64,000 nucleotides of DNA from Balanoglossus misakiensis (lineage: Eukaryota; Animalia; Hemichordata). This document shows, in pieces, positions 1 to 14,723 of the stretch. The stretch covers positions 6,212,202 through 6,276,201 of the forward strand of contig CM082588.2 of the NCBI GenBank assembly GCA_040954595.2, read 5' to 3'. Numbering within the stretch: position 1 is the stretch's first letter; each line of letters starts with the position of its first letter. A program made the position numbers and the translations under genes. Under the pieces are notes generated by a model. It was not told the DNA's origin and did not search any database. It was given only the letters and a program-made list of their open reading frames with translations.

Positions 1-525
1 TACTAACAGTCTTCCGCCCCAACTAAACAGCTTTTTTTTCGCCAGCAAACTAAGTTGAGTGGAAAACTGCAATTACACTGTGCATGGTTAAGCATTCTAA
101 TTTCACCGTTTTTTTAACAATTGTACAATTGTTAGTTTTCACTTGAAACATTTCGTGCTATTTTCAGGCAATCCACCTGGGAAAGTCTTTCATATTTTGT
201 ACCCAAACATACTCAGAACATGGAATTTAATGCAATTCAACCAAAAAACCATTTCAAGCCGAGAAAAAGTCTAAAATTTAAAATTACCAGCAATAAAACT
301 GCCACTTTACAAACATACATACGCACATGATCTGAAAAATCCATCAGTTACGTCAATATCATCAGAGTTACGTGCCCCCTATGAAAATATTTTTGGAATG
401 TAGTAAGTACCTAACGCAATATTCATACTACAAAATGTGTTTTATGTTAATCCCAAGTTAAAAACCAACACATCGGGATTAAGTTTACTGCAAAAATGCA
501 AGCAAACTCACTGTGCTGAAAGAGT

Positions 526-618
526 TCGACCCTTCCACCCCAATTTTATATTACTCTGGTCCAATTTACCACAGGAAACAATGGGATGAGACAAAACAAT
601 GATGATGAAAGGGGTTAA
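526..618. mobile_element. ~90 bp TTAA-flanked piggyBac-like MITE, degenerate copy
   Basis: CCCTTCCACC...ATGAAAGGGG-TTAA; internal ggtccaatttaccacaggaaacaatgg shared with the other copies. Confidence 0.65.
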
Positions 619-679
619 AGATACAAATGTGCCTGTCCGCACGTGGGGATGTCTACTGATCTTACTGCAGTAGCGTTAT

Positions 680-682
<3 letters not shown>

Positions 683-710
<28 letters not shown>
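683..710. repeat. (AC)14 microsatellite
   Basis: Direct reading. Confidence 0.95.
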
Positions 711-713
<3 letters not shown>

Positions 714-3700
714 AGCACAACAATAGGACTGTAGCCCTGCACAGCAAAAATTGATCCGGTTTTGCTGTATTCAGGGTCTGAAGACAAAGTATATGCTATG
801 AAATTTCAACACACAAAAAGGCACAGAAAAATATGAAATACTAACTGGGAGCTTGATGAAGTAACCGCCAAGACTTCTGACGCTCATGTTAATTAACACC
901 TGTGGCCGTGGCAACAAAGAGAGAGAAACTCCGAGAGAGGGATGCTGATGAGCGGAGGAGATATCGATGCCGGATCCGAAACGAGATTATTCCAGAGATA
1001 TTCCGGAGAGATACTTTTCCACAGGCAAAACAAAAGCCACTGGATGTGGCTCCCAATAAACACACGAGATCAATCCAGGGTATACTAGTAGTCCCTTGGT
1101 TGTCCGCTGTACTCAACTCAGTGACTGTGTTTCCCCTTCATTCATTAGTTCCTGGCGACTAATTGTAATGTGGTGATAGTACGGGGGAGGCATGGGGAGG
1201 GCCGTTCCATTCCGACGGCAGGGGTATCACTGAAAACCTACCCGCTGTCATAACTATATGTCTATAATCGGCCCCCTGATGATGTGCGAATTAAATGTTG
1301 ATTACTGCCCGGTGGGACGAGATCAGAGGTGGATTGCGTGTCATGTGACAGGTCAGCTGACTTGGAGTAATGAGTCTACAGTCTATGGTTTCAATTCCAT
1401 TCACGGATGTGGATGCACCCCTCCTCACACACACACATGAAATATGGCAAAATAAACATTACAAAATAGAAAATTCCATCTAAACTCTAAGATTCACACA
1501 TGGGTTAGAAAACACCAACATGAATCCAACCTCATTATACATTCATACGATCATTAGACGGTGTAATAATTTTTCTTTGTTAATCCCAATCTATCAAGCT
1601 TCATTTCAGCCAGCTATGCAGTCAAAGCAATTTCCCCCTCTTAAATCCACCCAGCATTTGTAAGCTCACCTACAGCAGAAAAAAAAATATTTTTTTTCCA
1701 AACCGCACCATTTAAGGCTAATCCAGTTCTACTAATTCCTATCACTGCCCTGACAACATCTGTCTGCTTTGAGGGACGTTGATCTTTCGGAGTTCCTATT
1801 TATTTCATCACTATCTAACCGATGGCGATAAGGATGAGGTTTACTCTCTGGCGGTTCTACATCATTGTAACCATGGTAACAGGGCAATTTAGAAAGCCAA
1901 TGCAAACCTGGAGAACTGCGACCAACTGAGACTGTCAAACACGATGAAACCTCATCACCAGTGAAACACTGATACTGATGTTGCCCTGATAAACGAGGAC
2001 AACCAGGAATAATTTCGTCAGCACTTATACTTTAACTTGCCAAATTATCAGGAAACCGCACTTTAAAAGAGCTGTCATAATGCCGATAGAAGTCTCTAAA
2101 TCACTCACAAATTTGACATTCACACACAAAAAATGCATTAAGAAGCATTAAAGGGGCAAGTGAAATTAGTTATCTCAACTCTCTTTAAATCATGTATTTG
2201 GATCAGAAATTTACGTTGTTGATAAAATATACCAAATGGAAGTTTAATATATGCCCTAAACAGGAAAAAGTGAAATGATCGCCAGTTAAAATATCTTCAC
2301 AGAAGGAATAAATTCCACAACAGTGTACACAGACTGTGAAAATCTACGTTTGGACTTGAGCTCTTTGTACATTAGGTAATATCAATTTTTGTTGCATTAC
2401 AAAGCAATGCTCCTATTTAATAGAAAGAAGTCAATTATGACTGGAAACACTTTTGTATGTCTGGCTGACCTCACTCTAAAGTGCAGTGAAACGTCACATG
2501 TGAACGTGTCTTTGTTATGAACTAGGACGTTGTGATCTGAGTGAGGACGTCATATTTCTCAATATAAAGTAGATTGATCTCGGTAAATTTTGAACGAGAA
2601 AAGTTAAACAAAGACAATGTCGTCAAAATGGCACGTCTGTTTCTAAACAAATTGAAAAATGACTTCAGTGAGCGTGAAACTCAATATGTTAAAATAAAAT
2701 GATGGCAATACAGCATGAAAAGACATTTGTGTGTGAAACTCACAGGCCAGCCTGATAATGGACGGAAACTAGTACTTTATATTTGACACCGCCAAGACAC
2801 AGAGAAAAATCCACATTGTTGTCAGGACCTGTGATAAAACGCTACTTTTGCATAGGCAGGTGGTAGCCTGTTCTTTTGTGTCCACAGATGACAGCAATTA
2901 ATTATTAACACCAACATTAAACTCTGACGATGCCTCGCTCGCTATGACAAGACAGCAGTGATGCTGCGCGCTCACTGAAACATTTCCCATTCCCCAACGT
3001 CCATTATACTTGATAACATTAATCAAATAAAACCGGACCAGCTGATGATAATCACCATTCATAAATATGTAACTACAGCATATTACACATGTTCAATTTT
3101 TCATTTTTCCCATCAGCCACTGCTCCTGGTCAGAGTCGCTGACATTTTAAGGTCGTATAAATTCAGTCTTATCTTTAATAGCAACACCCAAAGCGAGGCA
3201 ACCTCTGCTTTATGTTTCTAGAATACCATCTATTCAATCATTGAAATTGTATGAATATTATCAGAGTACAGCTAAACATGATGCTATATCTGAATGTCAT
3301 TTTTCTCTTGATTTCTACAGGAAAGAAAATTTAAAGTGCTATAAAAGGTGTGACATAAACCACCTTATTTCTGTAAAATGTAGTATTAGTTCGTTGTAAC
3401 CACTGTATTTTGACTTCTGTCAAAATTTGTTTTGTTTTCAGGTTAGAACTTGGAACGAAATAAAATGTAAATGGAGATGAAGGGTTAACTGCAGTTTTAT
3501 TACTAGCAGAGATATTGACAGAAAATTGGATATCACACGCCAAGAGAGAAGTCATAAAATAAGACAGCTCATTGCAGCTGATGCAGATTCAGCTGGGACC
3601 TTGGCAAATGCAGATTTGATTTGCGGTCTCTGCTGGCAGCTAATAAAATATCCCGATGTCTGTAAACATTTTGATGGTTACAAGCCACTTGAAGCTGTAA

Positions 3701-6700
3701 TGGCCTTCTGGCTGTAAATCAAGTAGACCCCCAGCGGAGATGCAGTTGACCAATCAGGACTCAGCACTTCCACGACTGTGCTCGGAATACCTGATGAGAT
3801 TATGGATATTAAAATCAACCGGCAGCCTCTGTGACATTTTCTTTCTTTCGGTCGGCTCTTTTGAACTTGTCGGCAGAAGTGATCAGGGAGACTGCCGTAA
3901 AATGCCGCAATATCCTGGCATTTACAACAAACTAATCTACTCTCCAAGGATGTTAATGCCTGCGTTTGATACATCCTGCACTAGAAAAAAATTAAAAGTC
4001 TGTAAAGTCAGCAATAACCTTGAATGACTTCAGTTTACCTCCAGTTTCTCCTGATAGAATCAATGTAGCACAGATAAATTACTGTACATGTACACTGTAT
4101 GCTTGCCGTGGTGTGGTGTTGGAAAATCGGACAGATTCTAAGCAATGTGCCAACCAGTGCTTATACATGGCTACAGTACTGTTCAGTAATTATTAAAAGA
4201 CTCTGATGAAAATTTGTGCAGGATGTAGGTAGCTATGGAATTTCTTTTCCTGACCAGCTTCAGAAGCAAAATAAACTGACAGTTTATATGTCAATGGGTT
4301 CTTACGGATCGAACACTAAACAAACGAAACTGATTTCGAACTTAAGAGGGCAGTATGTACCAGCTGAGTACGCTTCGGAGAAGCCCTAAAATTAATTTCA
4401 AAGTGCAAAGTGAAAACTGTGATAACAGCCTACGCAGTCGATTCAAGGATTCAAACAATAAAAACTTCATCAAAATTCCCAGAAGCAACTTCTTGCCGTT
4501 CAATTTCAAATTTCAATTATTCTAATCAAACCACACCATTCTATATTTAGATACACTATGAATGTACTTATTTTTCAAGAAGGGCTTAGTCGCCATGCGA
4601 ACAGCTAACTGACATCATCCACTAACTCCCTGGGTGGATCTTCTCTCGGAAATGAGTTTCTGTGACAGATAAACCGTGTTTCCCCCAAAACACCGTCAGG
4701 GGAGATTGTTAAATCTACGACTTACTCGACAAATTCAATTTATCTTAACATTGTTTTTCCATTTCATCTGTCATCACGTCGATGTGTACACTGTGATCTG
4801 CCCACGTCAGGAGGTGTCAAAATCTGTCCCGGAAAGTAAGCTGAGTAAATACAACAGATGAAATCCCTACTCCAAATCAATATCATTTTTCAGCGAAAGT
4901 GTTTAATTTTATCTGTGAATCATGATGTTCACATCAAGAGATATTTTTTCAGTATATCACACTTTTAAAACCACACAATGTCGTGTACCAGGTAATTGGT
5001 ATGCATACATGTAACAAAATTACTGCCCCCTCCCCTTAACATCTTATTGGTCCCCTTCTCTTCCAACATACCCTCTCTTTCATAACCAACCCCCTTTCTT
5101 GCATTCCTTCCACCCCCTCATCAATCAACACACCTGTCCTGCACACACAGATATTCCCAGCACACGACTATATCGTCAAATTGCAGTATCATAGCATAGT
5201 GTGACAACGATTTGAAAACAGCATTCACTGCCGAACAATTAGCAAAGAAAAACGCAAACTCAGCCGAACACAAACAAATTATCCGTCCTTTGACTCTGAT
5301 TAAATCACCTGCCGTGCACAATTCAATTTTTCCTCGTTTTTCCCCGAGCACTGACAGCTACTTTTGTTGCGCGAAGAGAACAGAACACGCAGACAGGAAA
5401 TCTAAGGTGAGTGTCCCTGATTCTAACAATATCCCTGTCTCCTATTTCTCTAGCTGCCATTGATTGACACACGCAGGGTGTGATGTCATATCTGAACGGA
5501 AATCTTAGTTTGACCTAAACACTCATCAAAGGATTAAAATAAACTTGTAAACTTTGAGTTCGTTTTCAGAATGATTGTTCATTAGTTGTCAGTGTGGGGC
5601 ATGTTTCTAAATATTGTATAAAGACCACATGGAGATGGTCGTTTGGTTGGTTAATTTTTTGACGGATTTACTCAGCAGTTGGCATCGCTGATATTTTTTT
5701 TTAAATTTTTATCCATGACAAGATAATGACTGTTAAAAGAGGAAGTCAGTCAGGGCATATTCTATTTTTAGTAACATACAATGGGTTTTAATCCAGGCAA
5801 TACAAATTAGATATTCTGTCATTGACCTTGCAAATTGACAGAATCAAATTACAATCATGGAAGACGGGTTTTAGCCTTAATTCATTGCGACTGATGCAGA
5901 AATTTAACTTGTTCTCTCAGCTGGAATAATCAGAGTGACAAAGTATGAAATATTGAAACACACCGGGCGTGACAACGATTTCTTAATCAGATTGTCAGGT
6001 CAATCAAGAAGTCGCGCAGCGGAAAATGATTTAATGACTGCGGAGACCTTCTGGATGACGGTTCGTTAATGTTCCGGTTTAAATTGTCATTACTGCGATG
6101 CAAAGTTAAAGCGACAATCTGACTCGCATGGGATTTTCGCGTACCCAAGAGGTATGGAAGGACGGGATGCCAATGTGATGTTTCTACATCAACGCTGGGA
6201 CAAAGTACGCTACTGAAATTAGTACAAGTCATCCTTTAGACACGAAGGACGATTGAATTAAATTTCTGTTACACTCAGATATATTTTATCAATGATTACA
6301 AACTATGGAGAACCACCTGTTGATGGCTAATATGCAAATGAGGATGATAATTATTCCTGACATCACCCCGGACGCAGTGAAGCCCTTTCCCAGCCTTAAT
6401 TGAAATGAATGGGCGCTCATTAAATTGGCCTATCACTAAGACTTGCCCATCACTGACTGGGCTATCTGGTGGAAATCATAGAATATGCCATCTCGTATGC
6501 AGCACACAGCCCACTCCCGGAACATGATAGCCTCTCAAAGACTCCGATAAAAACACACTGGAAAATCCTTTGCAGATAAAGTGCCATGATTGAGAGTGAA
6601 ACTTCCGGAGTTTTATTTCAAAATAGTTCCTCGACAATTTCAAAAGAAGTAAAGTTAAATGATGAGTTAGCATGAATTACTTTGACATTTTGAATTCAGA

Positions 6701-9700
6701 TGAATGCAGATGTTATGCAGGATGTACAAATCTTCTTCACTCGCGTAAAAATGATCAGTAATGTTAAATTTGATAAACTCTGAAGTATCTTTGAACTAAT
6801 TAGAATATGCGTTACACAGAGCATAAAAATTAACTCAGGAAAGTTTGGCATGCTTTTCACACAGTCAAAACATCTATGAACCATCCCTATTCAAAGTACA
6901 TGTACGTTCGAAAACGACCATTAATCCATTCTTTGCCATCAACCCTAATAGCATGCTTTAATACGGATTCATTACTTCTCTGTTTAATTTCCTATTTTAC
7001 AACACATTTTACTCCCGAGGAAAAAAACACACACCTTAATGTGTTTAAATTCATTTCCGTATAAAACGGCTCGAATGAGAAATTGTCATTAACCAAATCA
7101 ACAGCTGGTGAGACAACCACGGGTGGTGTAACCTCTATTAACCAATAATATGGAAGTGTAAACCAATTTACTTGTTTTTACCTGCGTCCAATCATGCGCT
7201 GTTTAGGGATCGTCTCAAAAACACGCAAGCACTGTGACAGGTGGAAATCTGTCCGAGCAATGGTTTTTGCTGAGCTAACTCAATAGGAGACTAACGCACA
7301 GCATTCGCACTTGGCAGAATAAACCAACTCACAGGAGGATTTGGGTTGATTTTGTTAACGATGTCGTCCAGATGAACTTAACCACCATTCCCCAATCGAT
7401 GTATTCATATTTCCAGTATGTGCAGTGAGGAGAAAAATACTAGATAAATTGATCAATTTACCATTACATACTATAGCACACACTGCTCAAACACAGATCG
7501 AAGTTTCAGCTTACACAAGACTGTGTACTTGTTTGCAGGTCCCTTAATTGGTGGTAATAGCCAAAGTAATTGCCTTGCTCCGAATTCCCCTCAAAGTGTG
7601 GCCCAAAAAATCCTCAATCGTTTTTCTCCCAAATTGTCTCCGAGAGACAGAACCGCGAGGAGCCGAGAGAATAATGTTTACTCATTCCCAGGCTATTACT
7701 TGAGTGGAATTTGTTCCAATAATCGGCTTCAGTAATGACCCTGAATGCCGTTAACGTCAGACGCGGCAGATGGAGCAACTAGAGGGAGGCTGATTGCAGT
7801 GGGAACGAGAGAATACTCAGGATTATTTTGTTGCCACAGCACAAAGTCAAAATGAGATTCAGATTCAAATATGACCTTCACAAATCTCTGAACGTGCTCC
7901 CACTACCTGTAGGGCTACATGTATTACCATATCCCCCACGAAAGCACTAACTAAAGTCTTTTGACTTGGTATTCCGAATTTGAAAGACTTGTTCAGTAAT
8001 GCTGCCCAGAGAGAAACAAGCCACTGCACCTAAAGCTAATGGCATATTCGTGTTTAAAACATTTTCTTTCTGCCTAGTCTATTGTCAGTACAGTTTTACT
8101 AATCACCACGCAAAGTTTAACACAGGCAGAAACCACAAACGAGTCAAAAATTCAGTCTACCACAGATGTATATGGCCAGACAAGGTTTCATCATTGTTGC
8201 GTATGAAACTTGGAGACTAAAATACAGATGTAATCCTTACTGTAAAATTTTGGTTTCTGAAATTTTTGATGTAATGGAATGGAATAATGGAAAAGGGGCA
8301 GTGAGAGAGAGACTTTGTCCCTAATTAATTTCTGGCCCAGTGCATTTCATCAAGACCATCTACTGAGAAAACAGGATTGCTTAACGTTGAGTGAGACGAA
8401 AAGTAGACTCATTTCTTTGCACACTCTCACATTTCTTTGCGGCTTCACACGTCACTTATTCCATCATTTTGCACAAATAAAAAGTAATTTACAGTAAACC
8501 CGCATTAACTGATTGAAAGGCATAAATCTAATCCATCTAGATACGATACCCGGCCATCGATACTGGCCCAGGGCAAAGCTGTCATAAAAACAACTAATTC
8601 CATTTCAATTGCGGGGTCCCATGATACGAGTCAGATTTCTCTTCTGAGGAGAGCTAAATGCTCTGAGGTAATTTTCAAAATATCCCAACCTTTTGTGTAA
8701 GGGTCTTGTACTCATGAAACTGATCAACTCGCAATTCTATTAGCCCTGCTTTTATTCATGAATGCACTTTATTGTGCTCCATTTATTTAGCTACATGCTG
8801 ACTTTTGAAAAAAAATGCCTTGTCACTAGTACTTCTGTTGGAGTAGCAACTTTAGAGTACTGTAACAAAATTAGTCTTCCTTTTACCAAACTTTAACTTG
8901 GTTACACTAATTGTAACCTGCAATATATCCCTTGGCATTTTTTCAATCTATCCTATAGTATTACCAGCTTTTGGTACCATAAATCTCTTGTTACAATATA
9001 GGATTCACACACAAAAATTAAGTTTTTCTGCTATATAATTGAAAAGTAAATGTTTTATTGTAACAACTTGACTATTTTGTTTCTTTTTTCACTTAACAGT
9101 ACCTTATTGATCAATTGTAACACATTTCATTTTTTTCATTCTTTTATGCTACAGAGTAGCACTGTCTTATCATTAGCATATCACAGCTACTTTGTAAGCA
9201 ATTATTACATTCAAATCCGAATTCATCACAACCATCGAATATCCCCTTCCCCAAGGCACATGGCTGTGATACTGTAATGTACGGCACACATACAGTTCTT
9301 TCTTACATTTCTTGCACTATGATTTGAGCAGATTCCATAACACAAGTACATACAAATCTTGACAAGGCACAGGGGGATTAAATCTGGATGACTGTACTAC
9401 CGATAATCCATGCATGCATGCTCCAGTTCACTTTCATGCTTGGCAGCTTCTAGCCAGGTATACAAATTCTCTGTGGAAATACTAAGACCAGATAGTTTTC
9501 ATACCTAGAAATCCAACAGGAGCATTTTTGACACGTATGAAATTGCAGCTTAACAATTTCTGTGAATGAAATACTCGCTTATCAGTAAATTGGGGGAAGT
9601 CAGCATACATCGTTCTGCTGCCTTTTGGCTTTGACAAGCTTCATTATGAAGTATACAGCCCTATGCAAAATCGTACAAACTGCACACGGATAACAATTTT

Positions 9701-12700
9701 CAATAGTTTATCGTGCAGGATGAACACTTTGAAAAGACCCATCATTTATGAATGTATTATCACCAATTCGGCAGCAGGAAAGGAGCTCAAAGATCTTTTC
9801 TCAGCAAAAAATACAGACAGACAGTCCTGTCTGCTCGTTAGCAAGATGGCACCAATACTGACAGCTCTCTTTTTATATAATGGATCCTGGTTGACGCCAG
9901 GCAAGACATCTAGTCAAAAGTCAATGGTAACAACATTGTGCGATGTTTGAACTTTCGCGATCTTTGGATGCACGAAGTAACGGCCATATGTCAACAGTGA
10001 TAACCAGCCACAGTGATGGGGGAGATCGGTTGTTCAATCAATTCGCGAAATAGGAAATTGATTTTCTGGTGGGAATCGCGCAAGTGAGCTGTTACATTTT
10101 TATGGTCGAGAGCAAACACCAGGCGATCAGCAAACATCTCGCCTCTTTAAAGAACTGGCTTTTGATTGAAGGGATCCCCAATTATTGAGTACAGCGGGGA
10201 ATCGATCGAACGTGGCAACCCGCGTTTTCGTTCTCACAAAGGTTATACGCGACGGACGTGACAAAACACAAACGACAGTTGCAAACACTGCTCTCCACAG
10301 ATCAAACTACATGTAAATATCTGTCCTTCAGGATACTTGCCACTTTGTTGTATGCAAACGTACTTCACTTACAGCAGATTCTCCGATATCACCTTTCCTT
10401 TTGAAAATCAATTTCATTTTTACAGACTGCGACAAGTCAAACCGCAGACCCTTTTACATCCACCTTAACTGCCTAAAACATCCTACTCGACACTGTTTTT
10501 GAGAGTGTTGCTAGGAAACCAGTGAAACTTGGCACGTGAGAATCTTGCAGGTGTTAGGTTCAGAGTACACGCATGTTGGATGAATACGAGGGTTAATTTT
10601 GTCAAATAATGCAATCATTTGAGATCGGTTAAGTGAGGACATTCGCGTGTTATTGCTGACAGATGTTGCTGTTCATTTAATTGCAAATAACTGTCAAGTT
10701 TTTCCATTTGATGAAGCTATTGAAAATCATGACCTAGTTTGTGCATTCAGACACATATATTCATTGAATGTGAAATCCTAGAGAGAATGAACTATTTTGG
10801 GAAATCCATTACTTTATGTGTTTTTGACAACTAGTAAATTCACCATAACATATGTAAATCATTTCTCATCACTAAGCCACATGAACGACTTCATTTACAC
10901 TGTCCAATCATAAAGCCTAATTCAAGTCACATGATTCTAATAACTGAATCAGATCAACTCATACAACTGGGCTACACAGCATGGTAATTCTGGCATGTTT
11001 CTGACAATAGATGATGACAGGCAAAAGTGGGAAAAATGGAAACAGCACAACTGTGTACCAACAAACGTGTCATTTCCATGGATTCACAGCACCCTGTTGA
11101 GACAACACCCACATCGAGCCCAGCAAACACTCAAAGCAGTTTTTCCTCCCACCTTGCAAATGTTATCAAAGGCTTTGTGTCAAACACGGACTGAAAATTA
11201 CCACTAACAAAAGCAGCCACATTCGGATATTAGACGAGAATAGAATCTATTTTGTTCATTCTTCTTGCTGGTGTTATTCCCGCGGAGAAGAAAATTGAGT
11301 TAGGTGCACATTAGGTCACTTGTTTGATATTGTCCCATTCATGTGCAAAATTAAAAACGTTTCCATGCCAATGCATGAGTGGGAAAGTGGGTCACTCAAT
11401 TCCAATTTACGTCCATTTGGGGACAGCAGAGAATGCCGCTTTCTTTCACCAAAAGTTGGGACCTAGCTTCTCAGCTTTGAGCTTTAAGACTATTTTTACC
11501 AAAGACCGTTAGACTGCAAACCTCTAGGGTGTTCTTAGCCTGCATTGACTATACACTTGAATGTTCACAAAGAGTTTGAGATGGTGTGCGTGATCAGTAA
11601 GAGGAAAACAGTTTTTCTGTTAATATTTTAGCAGGTGGTACTAAACCAAGCTCTTTCTCGGAAAGCTGTGACATTCACAGAGGCCCTGTCAGCAAGAATT
11701 ATCCAGCGCTTAGAAATTCTCACAATCCAATGTGATTTCTGGAGAAAAAGGAACCCTTTAGCTAGCAGACAGTGTCAAAACAATTTCCACAGAAACCATC
11801 AACAGTGTAAATAATTGAACAATTTGAACCATTTTTCCTGGCATTTTTGTAACCACAAGCGACCGTTTTGCGGTGTGCATTCAGACAGGAAGTTAATTAC
11901 TAGCGAGAAGTTTTCAGTTGGGATAATTAGATTTTGCGTTTGGGTACATCTTTACAAAATACACGTTAAGATATCAATAATGTATGAAAATGAAACCTCG
12001 TTTGGCCAGCCTGCGTCACGTAAAGGAGTAATCGGCTTGCAAAGGACGGCCGCTGTTAACAGTTCGCCACGCTTGCCTAGATACAGGATTACCTTTTTAT
12101 ATTTAATGAAATATCGTCTTTTACTTTTCTAGAGATCCATGGTTTAAAATGCCATAGACATTTCCAGGAAAAAGTGGAAAAGAATGACATACAGGGATAA
12201 TTCTGTCATCGAAAAATGTTTAATGTGTTAGAATAACCCCAATCTGTATATTAAATCACCTTCTTTGTTGAGTTGTGTGATTGCATTTAATATGATTTTA
12301 CAAGTTTTTCAATTTGTAATTGTTATTGAAAATTTAAAATGAATGGTTATGGTTTTCATAAAGGCTAATTTCCCCTCATAATAAATTTCTTTAGTTTGTG
12401 TCCCAACTGACTATATCCATGCCAACGTCAGATTGAAATTTTGAAAAGTCAATAAGAAACAGATTTTTAATCAGGCACAAGAAATTGTCCACTGAAGTTA
12501 TAGAAAAGATGTCATTACACAGACTTGTAGGTTTTTGTCACAAACCAATATCCCCATGGACAAAATGTTTCTCATCAAAGTCAAGTTTAAAGGTGATTAA
12601 CCGTACCTCATTATTTTTGTTGAAAATTTAATTTACTAAGTGAATAAATGCCATTGGTAAAAAAAGACAGAAATATGGAAAAGGCAATTGGATATAATGG

Positions 12701-13766
12701 GAACATGTACATTGCAGAATCTACAAAATTGAAGAAAATGTATCTGTTGATAAAAACACGATCCCATGAGAACAACGTATGCAAATATCACATTTAATTA
12801 ACTTTCCCCGGGCATTATCCTGCGATAATTAATCAAAGTCACAAGTCAGGGAGATATAAATTGTTTTTTCTCTACTACACCGGAGGAAAAAAATAATTAA
12901 GACAGTGCTACTCTCAGATTGACCTTCAAGACTGACCTTCAGAAATCTGACAAGTTCTTGTGGAATAAAAATTCTAATATGATGTGACGCCGTTTTAACA
13001 TACAACAGTCTATTATAAAATACCCATCATGCCTCATAACGAGCTGTGAGGAACGAGACGTCATGCACATCAAAAGTTACGGCTTGCCGTTAGAAACGAT
13101 GGGAATTCACGTCAGAATTTTTGAGAAATGACATCAATTCAACCGGACACATGGTCCCTCGCTACCTATTTCAAATGTCTGTCTCAAACAGGTTGCAGTC
13201 ACGCGATAATAGTTCCTTGCAAAATTTCACCATTCAGTTTGTCCGCATATTCACATTTTCTCACCCTTGCCCATCATACATAGTGCAAAATACAGTACTG
13301 CATATGCCAAAGAATTTGAAAAATGGCGTTAACAGACTACAAATTTACTAACAAAGGCACACATTTCTTGCATACCCAGAGCAAACAAAACTCAACACAG
13401 CCGACTCTTTTCGCAATGATATTACGACTTCTGCCAAAGTGCTCTATTCACACGCAGTCTGCACTAAAATGGCACATAACATTTTTTTCCCGGGGGCGGT
13501 CTGTTTGTTGATATGACCGGTGGCATTTTACAAGTCCCTTGAACAGAGCCAGGACAAAAAGCCCTCTGTGGAGCTCGGAAGTCAACTGATTGAAATGTCT
13601 TTTCAGGTGTTTTCTACCAAATTGGGAGGAAATAGCTTCTTTCAGTTTCTGTTACAATACCCTGAAGTTGTGGACTGTGGGGGTGGCGACTAAAATAATG
13701 CACGGCAGGGCTTGTTTGCTGCATACTGTATTTTTTAATGGCTGGTGAATGTGTTTGTTTTATAAA

Positions 13767-13823
13767 GTATGTATGTATGTATGTATGTATGTATGTATGT
13801 ATGTATGTATGTATGTATGTATG

Positions 13824-13854
<31 letters not shown>

Positions 13855-14723
13855 TGTATGTATGTATGTATGTATGTATGTATGTATGTATGTATGTATG
13901 TATGTATGTATGTATGTATGTATGTATGTATGTATGTATGTATGTATGTATGTATGTATGTATGTATGTATGTATGTATGTATGTATGTATGTATGTATG
14001 TATGTATGTATGTATGTATGTATGTATGTATGTATGTATGTATGTATGTATGTATGTATGTATGTATGTATGTATGTATGTATGTATGTATGTATGTATG
14101 TATGTATGTATGTATGTATGTATGTATGTATGTATGTATGTATGTATGTATGTATGTATGTATGTATGTATGTATGTATGTATGTATGTATGTATGTATG
14201 TATGTATGTATGTATGTATGTATGTATGTATGTATGTATGTATGTATGTATGTATGTATGTATGTATGTATGTATGTATGTATGTATGTATGTATGTATG
14301 TATGTATGTATGTATGTATGTATGTATGTATGTATGTATGTATGTATGTATGTATGTATGTATGTATGTATGTATGTATGTATGTATGTATGTATGTATG
14401 TATGTATGTATGTATGTATGTATGTATGTATGTATGTATGTATGTATGTATGTATGTATGTATGTATGTATGTATGTATGTATGTATGTATGTATGTATG
14501 TATGTATGTATGTATGTATGTATGTATGTATGTATGTATGTATGTATGTATGTATGTATGTATGTATGTATGTATGTATGTATGTATGTATGTATGTATG
14601 TATGTATGTATGTATGTATGTATGTATGTATGTATGTATGTATGTATGTATGTATGTATGTATGTATGTATGTATGTATGTATGTATGTATGTATGTATG
14701 TATGTATGTATGTATGTATGTAT
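13767..14723. repeat. (GTAT/TATG)n tetranucleotide array, about 240 units
   Basis: Perfect array except one 1-nt deletion near 13853; it explains the MYVC/HTYI ORFs. Confidence 0.98.

Noticed and set aside
945-990. CTGATGA...GAAAC hammerhead-like core
   Set aside because: Stem II does not close properly and there is no complementary stem III/NUH site. The same applies to the motif at about 15723.
3300-5412. Plus-strand splice-like signals (ctacag near 3320, ttttcag near 3441, aag|gtgagt near 5406) suggesting an antisense nested gene
   Set aside because: No coherent coding frame or recognisable protein; such motifs are expected by chance.
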